Assembly: GCF_001447785.1 (NCBI RefSeq) | Contig: NW_015164214.1 | Coordinates: 449,596-513,595, forward strand | Direction: 5' to 3' | DNA length: 64,000 nt | Source of the DNA: Gekko japonicus | Lineage: Eukaryota | Shown here: one piece after another, positions 1 to 11,961 of the stretch | How positions within the stretch are numbered: the first letter of the stretch is position 1 | How the letters are laid out: every line of letters begins with the position of its first letter | The notes under the pieces: generated by a model | What the model was told of the DNA's origin: nothing | Databases searched by the model: none | The model's input: the letters and a program-made list of their open reading frames with translations, nothing else | Program-made: the position numbers and the translations under genes

Positions 1-900
1 CTGCTTCAAACCAACACAGCTCCCCCACCCGAATCTATCTTTTCTGCAGACTTTGAAGGACGTTCAGTCGTTTGAAACCATACGCTAAACATACGCTTCA
101 AAGTCCCATTCATGGGGATATATTTAACTCATGGACCATCAACTGTTATAGAAAATAAGCAGTGGAGGTACAGGCATTTCTCTTCAGTAACATGCCAAAC
201 GGCCCAGGGATAAGATTTTGATGTGGATTTAACAGCTCAACACCCGCTAAATGTGAATTCACTCCTGTTGCATACTGCAGGCAGACAGAGCATCCCTTTT
301 CAGAGAGGTGAAAGCTCCACAGTTCATGGTATGTACAGTCTCACTCTTTTTGCCTTGGGCGAACTGGTTTTGTGAGTTTGGGGGATGGCATAAAGCCCTG
401 CAAAACCTGTTTGGCCAGAAGCAATGATGTGACAAAAGAAATAGGAAGTAATGCTTGTTCTCTCTGAGCTGTACTAAAAACTACTTTCTGCCTTCAGCCT
501 TACTCAGTAAACTCCTCCTTTCTTGGAATGGGAGGGGGTAGGAGAGGCTCTTCAGGGTATCAAGCAGGAGACAAACTCAGGCTGCGTATTTTCTTAGGGG
601 AAGCGTATCTTTGGGAACACTAGCTTGGGCCCCATGGTGTGTTTCCATGAGTAGAAGGATTTTCTGTTAATGGAGTGCGGCTTTCTCACCTTCCCCCTCT
701 TTATGCAGCCAAAGAAGTCCCCAAAAGTGCCACTCTTGGGGGCAGGAGACCCCAGGAACAGAACTTCAGGGGGCATTTTGGGACTGAGAAACAGGGGCTA
801 GGTGAGAAAGTCATGCCCGGAGGGCAGAGATCCTTCATCTCTCAAAATGCTCTGCTTTAGCCAAGCCTCTGGGTCTGTCTAGTGAGGGCCAGCTATGTGT

Positions 901-976
901 ATCTAAGAAAGTGGGCTCTAGTCCAGAAAAAGTTACACTACAATAAAAACTCGTTACTCTTTAAGATGCCACAAGA
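901..976 (+). mobile_element. Penelope-like element terminal remnant with decayed hammerhead motif
   Basis: TCTAAGAAAGTGGGCTCTAGTCCAGAAAAAG...AATAAAAACTCGTTACTCTTTAAGATGCCACAAG resembles the reptile Penelope end (CTGAAGAAGTGGGC...CCACGAAAGC...GTTAGTCTTTAAGGTGCCAC). Confidence 0.6.
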
Positions 977-1240
977 GAGCCAGTTTCATGTAGTGGTTAA
1001 GAGTGGCAGACTCTAATCTGGAGAACCTGGTTTGATTCCCCACTCTTCCACATGCAGCCGTCTGGGTGACCTTGGGTCAGTCACAGTTCTCTCAGAGCCT
1101 TCTCAGCCCCACTTACCTCACAGGGTGTCTGTTGTGGGGAGAGGAAGGGAAGGAGATTGTAAGCAGCTCTGAGACTCCGAGTGAAGGGCAGGGTATAAAT
1201 CCAACTTCTCCTTCTTCTTCTCCTTCTCCTCCTCCTCATT
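975..1240 (+). mobile_element. tRNA-derived SINE (Squam3-like)
   Basis: tRNA head (TGTAGTGGTTAAG, GGTTTGATTCCC), CORE-like GGGTGACCTTGGGTCAGTCAC, CCTCACAGGGTGTCTGTTGTGGGG and (TTC/CTC)n tail; at least 8 similar copies in the window. Confidence 0.85.
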
Positions 1241-1428
1241 TTTCCTGCATAGGAAGGATTCACACAAATTAATCCATTATTTATATGATTTTGATAGATG
1301 TTACAGTTTTGAAAATAAATAGTGAGAAAACGAAAAGCTGGTTTTTATACCCCGCTTTTATCTATCCATAGGAGTCCCAAAGCAGTTTACAACCTCCTTC
1401 CCTTCCTCTCCTCACAACAGGCACCTTG

Positions 1429-1488
1429 CAATGCTCCCTCTAAGCTGTGGAGTCTTGTGAGCAAAAATTCATCTTTCTGAGCTACTGG
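1429..1488. mobile_element. hAT MITE family A, truncated end
   Basis: CAATGCTCCCTCTAAGCTGTGGAGTCTTGTGAGC matches the terminus of the full copies at 12846 and 15666. Confidence 0.75.
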
Positions 1489-1944
1489 CAGGGGTCGTTT
1501 CATAGAAAAAGAGCTAGGGGAACTCATTAGCATAACTAATTAGCATATGCCACGCACCGGAAGTGTGTCATAAGGCCACATCCCTTGACATCACCGGAAG
1601 TGTGTCATAAGGCCACACACTCCGCCCCCAACGGTCCCGGCCGCCAGCAGCGGCCTTACAGCTCCACCGCCGAGCCCCATGAGGGGACCGCCGGAGGACC
1701 TGCAAGGCTGGCGGGAGTGCAAGGAAGCCCCGCGAAGGCCCTCCCTGGCCCCAGGCAGGCAGGGGTGGGGAGAGGCAGGGAGGAAGCAACTTACCCTCCC
1801 TCTTCTCCTGCCTCCTCCTGGCTGAATGAGGGCCGGAGGCGGGGCGGCCGGAAGCAGGGGGCGGGGCTTCGTCATGTGCCCCGCCCCCCGTACCTCACCC
1901 GGGGGAACTGCGATCCCCCGCAATCCCCCCAGAAATGACCTCTG
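1489..1944 (+). mobile_element. hAT MITE family B (octamer/KLF/ETS arm, GC-rich cargo)
   Basis: TIR CAGGGGTCGTTTC...GAAATGACCTCTG; left arm shared with the copies at 13714, 22706 and 34867. No TSD is recoverable, probably because of an adjacent deletion. Confidence 0.8.
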
Positions 1945-2398
1945 AGTGGGGCTGAGAGAGCTTTTTCCAGAACTGTCCTTGAGAGAACAGCTCTGACAGA
2001 ACTATGGCTTGCCCAAGGGAATCCAGCAGTTGCAAGTGGAGGAGTGGGGAATCAAACCCAGTTCTCCCAGATTAGAGTCCATGCACTTAACCACTACACC
2101 AAACTGGCTCTCTGTGACTCCCCCCCTTTAACCACTACACCATGCTGTCTCCAGGCTGAAAATTCTTTTGAGAAACCTTTACTTAACTTTCAGACACGCA
2201 GAAGAGATAACTAACAGGTACAGGGTAGACCTCTCTTCTGGTCTGCAGCAGATCCAATAAGCACCAAAGGAATGAATCAGCCAAACAGAAACTAGAATAA
2301 CAAACGTCTAGGTCCCAATTAATTATTAGGCAACATCAGCCCCCCTCTATTTATTGAATAACTCTGCAAATAAATTAACCCTTTGAATACCTGCCCAC

Positions 2399-2875
2399 TA
2401 GGGTTCCTAGCTATAGGTTGGGAAATACCTGGAGATTTAGAAGGTGGAACCTGGGAAAGGCCAGGGTTTGGGGAGGGGAGGTACCTCGGCAGTGTGTGAT
2501 GCCATAGAGTCTGCCCTCCAAAGCAGCTATTTTTTTCCCAGGGGGGACTGATCTTGGCTGTCTGGAGCTCAGTTGTAATAGCAGGAGATCTTCAGGTGCC
2601 ACCTGGAGGTTGGCTAAGGTTGCCAGGTCTACTTATCCAGCCAGCAGGGGGTGGGAGGGAGCCTTCTGGGAGTGGAGAGGGCAGGGCGACGTCACTGCAT
2701 GTGACATTGTCAGTGTGGTGATGTCACATGGAAGTGACATCATCACACCGGGCACATCACATGGCAACGCTCTGGCATTGTGGTCAAAACTCTATGGTTG
2801 CCAGGTGGCCGGTGGCGGATTGGAGCCCCTGAAATCAGGGGAAATCCCACCCTAACTGGGGGTCTGGCAACCCTA
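2399..2875. mobile_element. hAT MITE family C, composite of two units
   Basis: TAGGGTT(G)CC...TGGCAACCCTA termini, a second TAAGGTTGCC start at 2615, and flanking 8-mers CTGCCCAC/CTCTCCAC. Confidence 0.7.
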
Positions 2876-3020
2876 CTCTCCACTGCTGGGGGGGGGGGTG
2901 TATGATCCATTGCTGTTGCTGTCCTAACAATTTTTACTGCCTTTAGCTAGTACATTCCCTAAAAGTTCTTTCCATGTTTGTTCATACAAGCACTGCCATA
3001 TTTTTCTTCCACTCTCAGCC

Positions 3021-3288
3021 TAGGGTTGCCAGCACTGCTTTGGCCAATTCCTGCAGATTTGGGAACACTGCTTGGGACAGGATGGATTTGGGGCGGGGAA
3101 GGGAGCTTGGCAGGGATGTAATTCCATAGACTTCACCCTCTGGAGCTAACATTTCCTCTAGGGGATCTGATCTTTGTTGTCTGGAGAGCCCAGCACAAGT
3201 TGGGATAGGGCGATTAATACATTTAATACATAATAGTAGTTCTAATTCCAGGAGATCTCCAGGCTCCACCTGGAGGCTGGCAACCCTA
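3021..3288. mobile_element. hAT MITE family C
   Basis: TIR TAGGGTTGCCAGC...GCTGGCAACCCTA with the family's internal blocks. Confidence 0.75.
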
Positions 3289-3804
3289 TTCACTGTTATG
3301 AAGCATCTCTCCCTATATGTGACCATTTCTGGATTTTTTTCCATGGATCAACATGGATACCTGCAATCTTCTTGTACGTTGCACAAACACTGGCCTCATA
3401 GACACCAATGTAAGAGGACAAGGTCAACAAGATCAGGAAAGGGTGTCACTATACTGAGAAAGGTTTGTATTTAAATAATGAGAATTTAATCTTCAATTTA
3501 ATCCCATTGAATACAGGGCTAATACAGGGGTCGAGCAAGATTCTTTAAATACTCACCGATTCCCCCCTTTAACAGGATTATCTGTTGAGATTACATTTTA
3601 TCTCTTTAATTGTCTAACTGAACAATGACACTGCTTTCCGTAAATGACCTGCTAATATCCAAAATGGCCAGTGATCAATAGCCTGACATTTTACTCCACG
3701 GAGGTCACAGTGTTTGAAACATGAGGTTCCCTTGTGAATCTTAACAAATGCAATGCCAAGCATTCAACAAGTCTTACTGACACATACAGTCCTATTCATG
3801 TTTT

Positions 3805-3995
3805 GGGAAGGGCTGTGGCTCCGTGATAGAGCCCCAGATTCAATCCCTGGCTTCTCCAGTTAAAAGGACCAGGCAATGGATGATGTGAAAGACCTCTGCC
3901 TGAGGCAGTGGAGAGCCACAGCCAGTCTGAGTAAACAATACTGACTTTGAAAGACCAATTGCCTGATTTAGTATAAGGCAGTGTCATGTGTGTTC
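3805..3995 (+). mobile_element. tRNA-derived SINE (Squam2-like)
   Basis: GGGCTGTGGCTC...GATTCAATCCCTGG head; GAAAGACCTCTGCCTGAG...CAATACTGAC...GTATAAGGCAG tail. Related copies at ~8893-9075(-), ~15493-15665(-) and 20725-21437(-). Confidence 0.7.
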
Positions 3996-5174
3996 ATGTC
4001 TAATGTTTCAACCTCTTGCACACCTAACAGGGAGCAAGCCCCACTGAACCCAGTGGGATTTACTTCTGAGTAAAACATGCACAGTATTGGGCTGCCCATC
4101 TCACTGTGTTCAATAGGGTTACTCCAGTTTAAGTATGCACAAAACCACAGCCATGCAGCCTCGTCCTGTGCGTCCTTATTCAGAAGTGTCCCATTACATT
4201 CACAAAAATTTACTTGGAAGTACATATACCTAAGACTGCAGCAGCCTCTCTTGGAGGACAGCTTTCCGGTAGATAACATGATAAGGTTCTGTGCCCCTTG
4301 AAAACAATGGAAAGTTCCTTTTTTTAAAATATGTCAACATCCAATTTGTCAAATTATAGAGGAGAACATGATCTGTGTGCATTTATACCCTGCCAGTGGA
4401 ATTCAAAAGCTACAGCTGATGGAGCATGTGTGAAAAGAACATGTTATTTCCATAGTTGCTACTTCTGCTCCATGTTATTTTCCACAGTTGATATGTCACC
4501 CTAACGATATCTACTCAGCTGTGGCAACGCGCAGGAAGCTCCAAGCAAACACAAAATAGAAAATTACATCCTTAATGCAATCCCCCTAAAGCCCACAGAG
4601 AAAGCATTAAGCGCAAAAGGGGGGGGGAGTCCAAACAAACCAAGCATTAGCGTGTTACGGAATAAAAATGGGAGAAATTAAGCTTGCATCACTGAAGTGC
4701 AAATCAACACAAAAGAACAGATGCTCAGGGCCCAAAATGATTTGTGGGTGCAAGAATATGGGTGCAATTAACAGCAGGTGCAAAACCAGAAGCCCAGCTG
4801 TGAAACTCCCCTGTATCACCATTGAAATGTTTTTTTCGTTCAGATGCTGGGGCTCATTTCCACTGAAAGTGAAAGGGTGATAATCCATCAACAACGTCTT
4901 TGGAAGCCTGAGCCTAAGGTCTGGCTGAAAGGGCCACCACGGCAACCAGATGTGCAGGCTAGTCTGTAGCCTGTGCTTGGCCAACAGCACCGCAAAGGCA
5001 GGAAGACTTTAAGTACAGGAGTGGAGGTGCACAACGTCTTGGATTCGTATTTATTATTTCTTTACTCAAATATCTCCTCTGCTGCTTTTGGATATGTGTT
5101 ACAAAGCTGCTTGCAGCAAAAATATTTAATTATAAAATACAGATTAGATAGACATGCACTTCAAAATTCAGATT

Positions 5175-5288
5175 GGATGGATGATTAGATAGATGATAGA
5201 TAGATGATAGATGATAGATGATAGATGATAGATGATAGATGATAGATGATAGATGGACGATAGATAGATGATAGATGGACGATAGATA
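5175..5288. repeat. GATA/(AGATGAT)n microsatellite running into an assembly gap
   Basis: Directly visible tandem TAGATGA/TAGA units. Confidence 0.95.
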
Positions 5289-5668
5289 NNNNNNNNNNNN
5301 NNNNNNNNNNNNNNNNNNNNNNNNNNNNNNNNNNNNNNNNNNNNNNNNNNNNNNNNNNNNNNNNNNNNNNNNNNNNNNNNNNNNNNNNNNNNNNNNNNNN
5401 NNNNNNNNNNNNNNNNNNNNNNNNNNNNNNNNNNNNNNNNNNNNNNNNNNNNNNNNNNNNNNNNNNNNNNNNNNNNNNNNNNNNNNNNNNNNNNNNNNNN
5501 NNNNNNNNNNNNNNNNNNNNNNNNNNNNNNNNNNNNNNNNNNNNNNNNNNNNNNNNNNNNNNNNNNNNNNNNNNNNNNNNNNNNNNNNNNNNNNNNNNNN
5601 NNNNNNNNNNNNNNNNNNNNNNNNNNNNNNNNNNNNNNNNNNNNNNNNNNNNNNNNNNNNNNNNNNNN
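5289..5668. other. Assembly gap (N run)
   Basis: Contiguous Ns. Confidence 1.
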
Positions 5669-5719
5669 TTCACATAGACAGACAGACACTTCAAAAATCA
5701 TAAATACAAAAAAATATGC

Positions 5720-5910
5720 AGGTAGCACCCAGTAATCGCATTCAGGAAAAGAGGAAGACCCAACATGAGGTGGCTTGACTATAAGGGATGCCACAGCCCT
5801 CGGTTTGCAAGACCTGAGCAAGGCTGTTAGTGAGAGGACATTTTGGAGGACATTAATTCATAGGGTCACTGTAGTCAGAAGCAACTTGACAGTACTTAAC
5901 ACACACAGAG
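5720..5910 (+). mobile_element. RTE-clade LINE 3' end remnant
   Basis: AGAGGAAGACCCAACATGAGGTGG...TGGAGGACATTAATTCATAGGGTC...CAACTTGACAGTACTTAACACACAC gives the RGRP..RW / WR..IH.V motifs typical of RTE C-termini. Confidence 0.6.
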
Positions 5911-6130
5911 AGAGTAATCACAGGACAAGAAAGCCAGACACATTTAAAAGTATCCAACCACTCTGACCTGCATTCCGATATCATATGAAGCCAACGTTAA
6001 GCCTAAATGAGCACAAAATCTGGCTTTGTTTCCGGTTTGTACATGCTCCTCCCTCCTCCCTTCCTGCATATCATGCATCTCATTCCATCTATACAATGTG
6101 AATTACAGTCTTTTGCAGCCTCAGTTTGCA

Positions 6131-6389
6131 TTGGGGTTATGCAAGGAAAGCCAAGGGATTCAACCTGTTTGAACGCATCTCCCCTGCTCTAGGAGGGTTC
6201 AACCTGTTCGAAAGCATCTCCCCTGCTCTGCTATTAGCATTTTAAAGGAGATAATACACATTTTAAAAGGACACATCTTTTCTCCTTTAAAATGCAAACT
6301 GAATAGCAAAGCAAAGGATCCAGTTTCAGTTCGCAAAAGCAAGTTGAGGTTGAAAGGTTAAACTCTACCTCTTTTCTGCGTGGCCCCAA
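6131..6389. mobile_element. Palindromic MITE remnant
   Basis: Imperfect outer IR TTGGGGTTATGCA/TGCGTGGCCCCAA, inner IR GCATTTTAAAGGAGA/TCTCCTTTAAAATGC, and an internal ~39-bp-period direct duplication. Confidence 0.55.
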
Positions 6390-7057
6390 GGCATGGTGAG
6401 GCTGCAGGAGCTTGCAATTTATGTTTTATCGATCAATAAAGACATATAATCTTTGTCTCATCTATCTGAGCCCTCAGAATTACAGACGGGGGGGGGGGGA
6501 ATAGAAGCAAACTCTGGTTAAGGTGTGTGTCTGCATTTTATACGTCACAGGTTATAGGAATTTGTTTTAAACCAAGATTCCCAGCCAGCAATAAGCAGGA
6601 ATCAAGTACATTCTGATCTAATGTCCATTTGATATGACATCTGAATGCAGTCCCAGGGTCAGTTAACTAAAGCAAATGTCCTATGGAAAAGGCTTGCCCA
6701 CACTCCTAAAGGATTAGAAGAGATGGCAACAAACACGCCTCTTGTAGCAATTTCTCTGCTCTTCCACCATCCAGAGACACCATCGAGACAATTTCCATGG
6801 TAAGTGCCCGGGGAAATCAACCATCAGGCTCTCTCAGCATTATTCCTGTGATATGCCCAATACTTTCTCTACCTTTCCTTGTGAAAATTGCAAACAACCC
6901 CTTTCACTTGGACTGGAGAATTCTAAGATGAAGGGAAACAAAAGACTTAAAATCTTGATGGTGGGATTTCTTTCATTCGGCTCTGAAACTTGCCCATGAT
7001 TTAATACTTTTCATACAACTTAAAATTGTCAGGGATGTCAATCTACATAATGGTTGG

Positions 7058-7667
7058 TGTTATGTATTGTACCAGTTTGCTGTAGTGGTTAAGAGCGCGG
7101 ACTCTAATCTGGGAGAACCAGGCTTGATTCCCCACTCCTCCACTTGCACCTGGCTGGATGACCTTGGGCAAGCTGTAGTTCTGATAAGAGCTGTTCTTGA
7201 AAAAGAGCAGTTTCTGTCAAGAGCTCTCTCAGCCCCACCTACCTCACAGGGTGTCTGTTGTGGGGAGGGGAAAGGAAAGGAGTTTGTAAGCCACTCTGAG
7301 ACACCTTTGGGTAGTGAAGGGCGGGGTATAAATCCAATCTCCTCCTCCTCCTCCTCCTCCTCTACATACATACTGAAGCTTGGGTCATAACTCCATAGGA
7401 GCCAAGGTATTGTAAATAAAACGTTCTGATTGGCTAGTGTGCGTAATAGACCAATCAGGGACTGGGAAAGGTTTCAGAGGGAACAAAGCCTATTGGTCCT
7501 TATGCAAGCATATTGATTGGTTCTTAACTCAATAGAGGGTGTGGTTATCCAAGCCCGGAAAGTTTAAAAGAGAGCTTTCTGTTCTCCTGTTTTTGTGTTC
7601 TTTTCTGTCATGTTTCAATAAAGCTGAATCACTTGTTTAAGAGCTGCCTGAAGTCTTATACTTAACA
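7058..7667 (+). mobile_element. Solo LTR interrupted by a SINE
   Basis: TGTTA...TAACA termini, four CCAAT/ATTGG boxes (7429, 7451, 7492, 7516), TTTAAAA at 7563 and AATAAA at 7617. TSD is poor. Confidence 0.6.
7072..7362 (+). mobile_element. Squam3-like SINE
   Basis: Full-length family match with (CTC)n tail. Confidence 0.85.
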
Positions 7668-8179
7668 GTTTTCCAAAGGAAAATGTCAGCATTCTTTAAT
7701 GAAGCAGCATTCTTTAATGAAGACCACATAAGAGAGGGCAGTCGAAATGACCAATGCTCCTAAGTAGCAGGCTGTCAGTCAAGAGTATTGCATTAGTAAA
7801 TGTAAGAAGGCCTGCTACCCATAGTTGCTGCTACTTCCTCTTCACATCCCATCACAATCTGTGGCATGTACTCAACCTGCATTTCCAAGGAATTGATGCC
7901 ACGTGAGTCTCCTGAAGAGGGGCAGTGTTGTTGTTTTTACCAGTGCCCTCTTCCACAGCAGACCCACAATTTGCCTGCAAAGCAGGTCCTGAGGGTCTCC
8001 TGAGACCAAGAAACAAAATTTAAGGGGGAAGGAGATGGAAGGAGGAAAGCACCACTCAGCGAGCAATTAAAATGTGGCATTAGCTAACAGAGGATGTAGT
8101 GACAGCCACAGAAATAAACAGCTTTAAAAGGGGATTAGATAGATTCATAGGTCTATCAGTGGCTACTACCCTGATAGTA

Positions 8180-8553
8180 CCCTGGCGTGATCTGGTCCAT
8201 ATAGGGTTGCCAAGTCAATTTTTCTTACCGGCAGGGGAGCCTCGCTGGGCTCCGGGAGCTGTCCATCAATGTGCGCATGCGCAAAGCCCACACGCGCTGC
8301 CAGCACGTCACCGGAAGTGATGCACAACATCGATCACGTTGAGGGCGTGGCCCCAACGTGATTGGCGTGGTTGTGTCACCTCTTCGCGGGGCATCACTGC
8401 GCTTCAGGGGCGGAGTTCCCCCGGGGCCCCATTCCGCGGCGGCGGGAATCAGGCCTCCGAAGTGGGGGTTTACCCGCCACCCGCCCCCACTTCGCAGCCC
8501 TAGTTCCATGGGGTCGCGAAGAGTCAGACTCAACTGTGCGACTGAACAACAAC
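8180..8553 (+). mobile_element. BovB 3' tail fragment split by a MITE
   Basis: CCTGGCGTGATCTGGTCCAT|GGGGTCGCGAAGAGTCAGACTCAACTGTGCGACTGAACAACAAC matches the BovB tail at ~16990-17055; flanked by CTACTACCCTGRTAG direct repeats. Confidence 0.75.
8202..8502. mobile_element. CpG-rich hAT MITE (TAGGGTTGC termini)
   Basis: TAGGGTTGC...GCAGCCCTA; near-TSD GGTCCATA/GTTCCATG. Confidence 0.75.
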
Positions 8554-9953
8554 TACTACTACCCTGGTAGCTGAGGGGAACCTCCACATTCAGAGGCACT
8601 AAGCCTCTGAATCCCAGAGCCAGGAGGCAACTTCAGGGGAAGGCCTCAGCCTCTATGCCTTGTTGTTGGCCCTCCAGAGGAACTGGCTGGCCACTGTGTG
8701 AGACAGGATGCTGGACTAGGTGGACCATTGGTCTGATCCAGCAGGGCTTTTCTTATGTTTTTATGTTTAATTAACAAAGTCTGTGGATGCCTGGATACAT
8801 CCCAGTGTGTTCCAAATATGCTTATGGTTATTGACATTCATAATTCTTAGGTAAAAAAACATAGAGATGGTACAAGAAGCCAGTACTTGAAGATGAAGCT
8901 GCCTGATACTGAATCAGATCTTTCCTTCATCGAGGTCAGTATTGTCTACTCTGACAGGCAATGACTCTTCAGGGTATTTTGCACCACCTACTACTACTTT
9001 TTAACTGGAGAAGCCAGGGGTTGAACCTGGGATCTTCTGCATTCAAAGCAAACATTCTACCATTGAGCCACAGCATTTTCCTCAAATGCCCAAATAAGAA
9101 TCAGTTGATATAGGCCCACACATGCCAAGGACCAATGCACCCATCCACATTTATCACTCATTCCCTGTAGCATCAAGTGCAAATGGGCAATTGGCAATTA
9201 ATTACTACAGATGGAACTTTCATATCAACCAGTGTAGGACTCAATATGTTACTTTTAAATGGAGTCGGTTCACACACTCAAACTGAGGCTCATCAAGTGC
9301 TGAGAAACCAAATTATGACAGAAATGAAAATGTACATGCATCTGTGAACCAGTCCTAAAGCTGCACATACACAAATCCTTTCTCAAGCTTTGGTCCTGAG
9401 ACAACCAGCTGTCAAGATGCAGATTCCAGCTAGCTTGCATTGGCTGACGTAGTCGTTATTCCTTTTTGAAGTCTCTTCCCATATGTCAGTGGATGAGTGA
9501 GATCTGATATTGCTGTAGAAGTGGGAAAGTTGACAGTTCTTCAGTGCTTGAGCACATGCAAAACAGCTGGTCTTTCTTTGATGTAATAGTTAAACTGCGA
9601 TTTGGTGTGGAAGGGATAATATAAACTTCCCCTGCACTGCACTTCCCAAATGCCTCACTATAGTATTTTTAGGATTTGGGAAAAGAGTCCCCCCCCCTCA
9701 CTTCCCATTGTAAATCCCAGTTATTGAACCAGAGAGGGGGATTGTACACAAACGACCCATTTGAGAGTGCCATTCCCCATACAGATGGGGATATATGAGT
9801 GGAAACAGACACAGCATTCCTAACAGGCTCCAAGTGATGCAATGGAGAAGAAATTCTACACATAAGTTTCGGTAAAAGATTTCCAAATATCTAAAAGTAA
9901 ACCCATACTCAGTTGTTGTCTATATGCCATGCATTCAAATATTGATAAAGTTA

Positions 9954-10575
9954 AGAACATAAGAACATAAGAGATGCCAATGTTGGATCAGGCCAAAGGC
10001 CCATCCAGTCCAACACTCTATATCACACAGTAGCCAGAAATACCAGTGCCATCAGGAGGTCCACCAGGGGGGCCAGGACATTAGAAGCCATCCCACTGTT
10101 GACCCCCCCCCCAGCACCAAGAAGACAGAGCATCACTTGCCCCAGAGCCCCTATCTATACCTTGTGGCTAATAGCCACTGATGGACCTCTGCTCCATATG
10201 CTTATCTAATTCCCTTTTTAAGCCATCCATGCTTGTAGCCGCCCCCACTTCCTGTGGCAGTGAATTCCAAGTGATAATCACTCTTTGGGTGAAGAAGTAC
10301 TTCCTTTTATCCGTTCTAACCCGACCGCTCAGCAATTTCATGGAGTGCCCACGAGTTCTTGTATTGTGAGAAAGGGAGAAAAGTACCTCTTTCTCTACCT
10401 GCTCTTTCCCATGCATAATGTTGTAAACCTCGATCATGTCACCCCTCAGTCGTCGTTTCTCCAAGCTAAAGAGCCCTAAGCACTTTAACCTTTCCTCATA
10501 GGGAAAGTGTTCCAACCCTTTTATCATTCGAGTTGCCCTTTTCTGCACTTTTTCCAAAGCTATAATATCTAAGGT
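9954..10575 (-). mobile_element. CR1 LINE, 5'-truncated, young
   Basis: ORF 10168-10557 (EKVQKRATRMIKGLEHFPYEERL...WNSLPQEV) is the CR1 ORF2 C-terminus; (TTCTTATG)n tail. Confidence 0.95.
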
Positions 10576-11545
10576 CCTCTATCCATCGATTTACTAGAGG
10601 TGGGCATTTACTTCTCCAGTGTTGTAAAATGAGTTGTTGTTGGGGTTTTTTTGTTTTAGTAAGGGCATGGAGGGTCCATTTTTGCTGACCTCTCTCCAAA
10701 GCAGCCATTTTCTCCAGGGTAACTGATTTCTGTCATCTGGTGTTGGAACTCACAGGACGCGTCCCTCGACTCTGTGTCCAGCCATTAGGTTTTTCTGAGA
10801 GGAAGTTATTACTCATATCAGTTTTGTATTAGAATGTGGGTGGAGCCTGAGGAGGGCTGGTATGAGGAGAGGAGGGACATCAGTGGGGTATAATGTCATA
10901 GACTCCACTCTCCAAAGCACCCGTTTTCTCCAGGGTAATGATTTCCGTCTTTTGGAGAGCAGTTGCAATTCCAAGAGGTCGACAGACCCCACCTATAGCC
11001 AGAGCTGGCAATCTCCTTGGGTTACAACTGATCTCTAGGCAACAGAGATCAGTTCACCTCAAGAAAATGGCTGCTTTCCTTCCTCTTTGAGAAAGACATC
11101 AACTTCATGATGAAGGACCCTTTAAATCTCACAGGAGGGAAGAGAGAGGCTGGCCACTGGTGGCCACTGTTGGGGGCGGGGCTTGGGGGCAGGATTTCCC
11201 CTGTCGGCCAGCTGGCTGCCAGCGGGCAGGAGCCCACCAAATCAGGGGCTCCCCCACCCTCACCTGGGGACTAGCATCCCTGTTGGGGACTTCTGCCATA
11301 GTCTGTTGACAGGCGGACTACTAAGAGGAAAGGGCGGAGTAGGAGGAGAAAAGAAAGATGGAGGGAAAAGTAGAACAGGGGCTGTAAGAAGGACAGAAGA
11401 ATTAAAAACCTTGTGTTAAGAATCCTGCCTTATGTTCTCTTCTTGCCTGCATAAAGCTACACAACAGGCCTCCAGTACAGTGGGCCGGGGATTACAGAAC
11501 TGGTAAACAAGGCAAGCAACCATATATTAAAAAACTGCCTAGGGG

Positions 11546-11961
11546 CAGGGGTGTCAAACATAAGGCCCGGGGGCCGGAACCGGCCCATCCAGGGCTGTTA
11601 TGCAGCCCGTGACCAAATCATGCAAGGGAGAAAGTACTGGGGGGAGTGAACAGAGCCACTTCATTGTGGCTTCAGCATGGCAAAACAGCCTCATCTGCAG
11701 CAGTCAAGCAGCGTGGGAGCGTCTGGCCAGTGCTACACTGCTGCGTCTCCAGTCTGCCTCCAGTTTTCCTCTGCACCCCCCACCCAGCCCATGGGGCCTT
11801 GCAGTGAGGACACACCAACTTGGAGTTTACCAGCTACTGTCCTTTATACAGTTTCTTTCTCCAGTACCTGGCATTACATTTTATGGCACTCGTGGCCCGG
11901 ACTGACGAAGTGACATTTATGTCAGATCTGGACCTTGTAACAAATGAGTTCGACACCTCTG
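11546..11961. mobile_element. hAT (Charlie-like) MITE family D
   Basis: TIR CAGGGGTGTCAAAC...GTTCGACACCTCTG; GCCTAGGG on both flanks. Confidence 0.8.

Larger units (their letters stand above)
1342..2112 (-). mobile_element. Squam3-like SINE interrupted by two nested MITEs
   Basis: Reverse complement of the 975-1240 family in two pieces (1342-1428 and ~1946-2112) on either side of the inserted MITEs. Confidence 0.8.
8086..8768 (+). mobile_element. CR1 LINE 3' end (older subfamily), interrupted
   Basis: ORF2 end TATEINSFKRGLDRF, then 3'UTR ending CTTATGTTTTTATGTT. Confidence 0.75.

Noticed and set aside
975-1050. tRNA genes at SINE heads
   Set aside because: A/B boxes continue into SINE bodies; no complete cloverleaf.
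5175-5288. GATA (Bkm-like) repeat plus NIPBL's Z-linkage in birds as evidence of a sex chromosome
   Set aside because: Short GATA arrays are common on autosomes; nothing in the sequence indicates sex linkage.
5168-5821. Long ORFs of 142-217 aa
   Set aside because: Artefacts of the N gap and the GATA microsatellite.
7687-7722. Short tandem duplications (also ~4440-4490, 15170-15193, 57685-57970)
   Set aside because: Ordinary slippage or duplication events with no sign of function.
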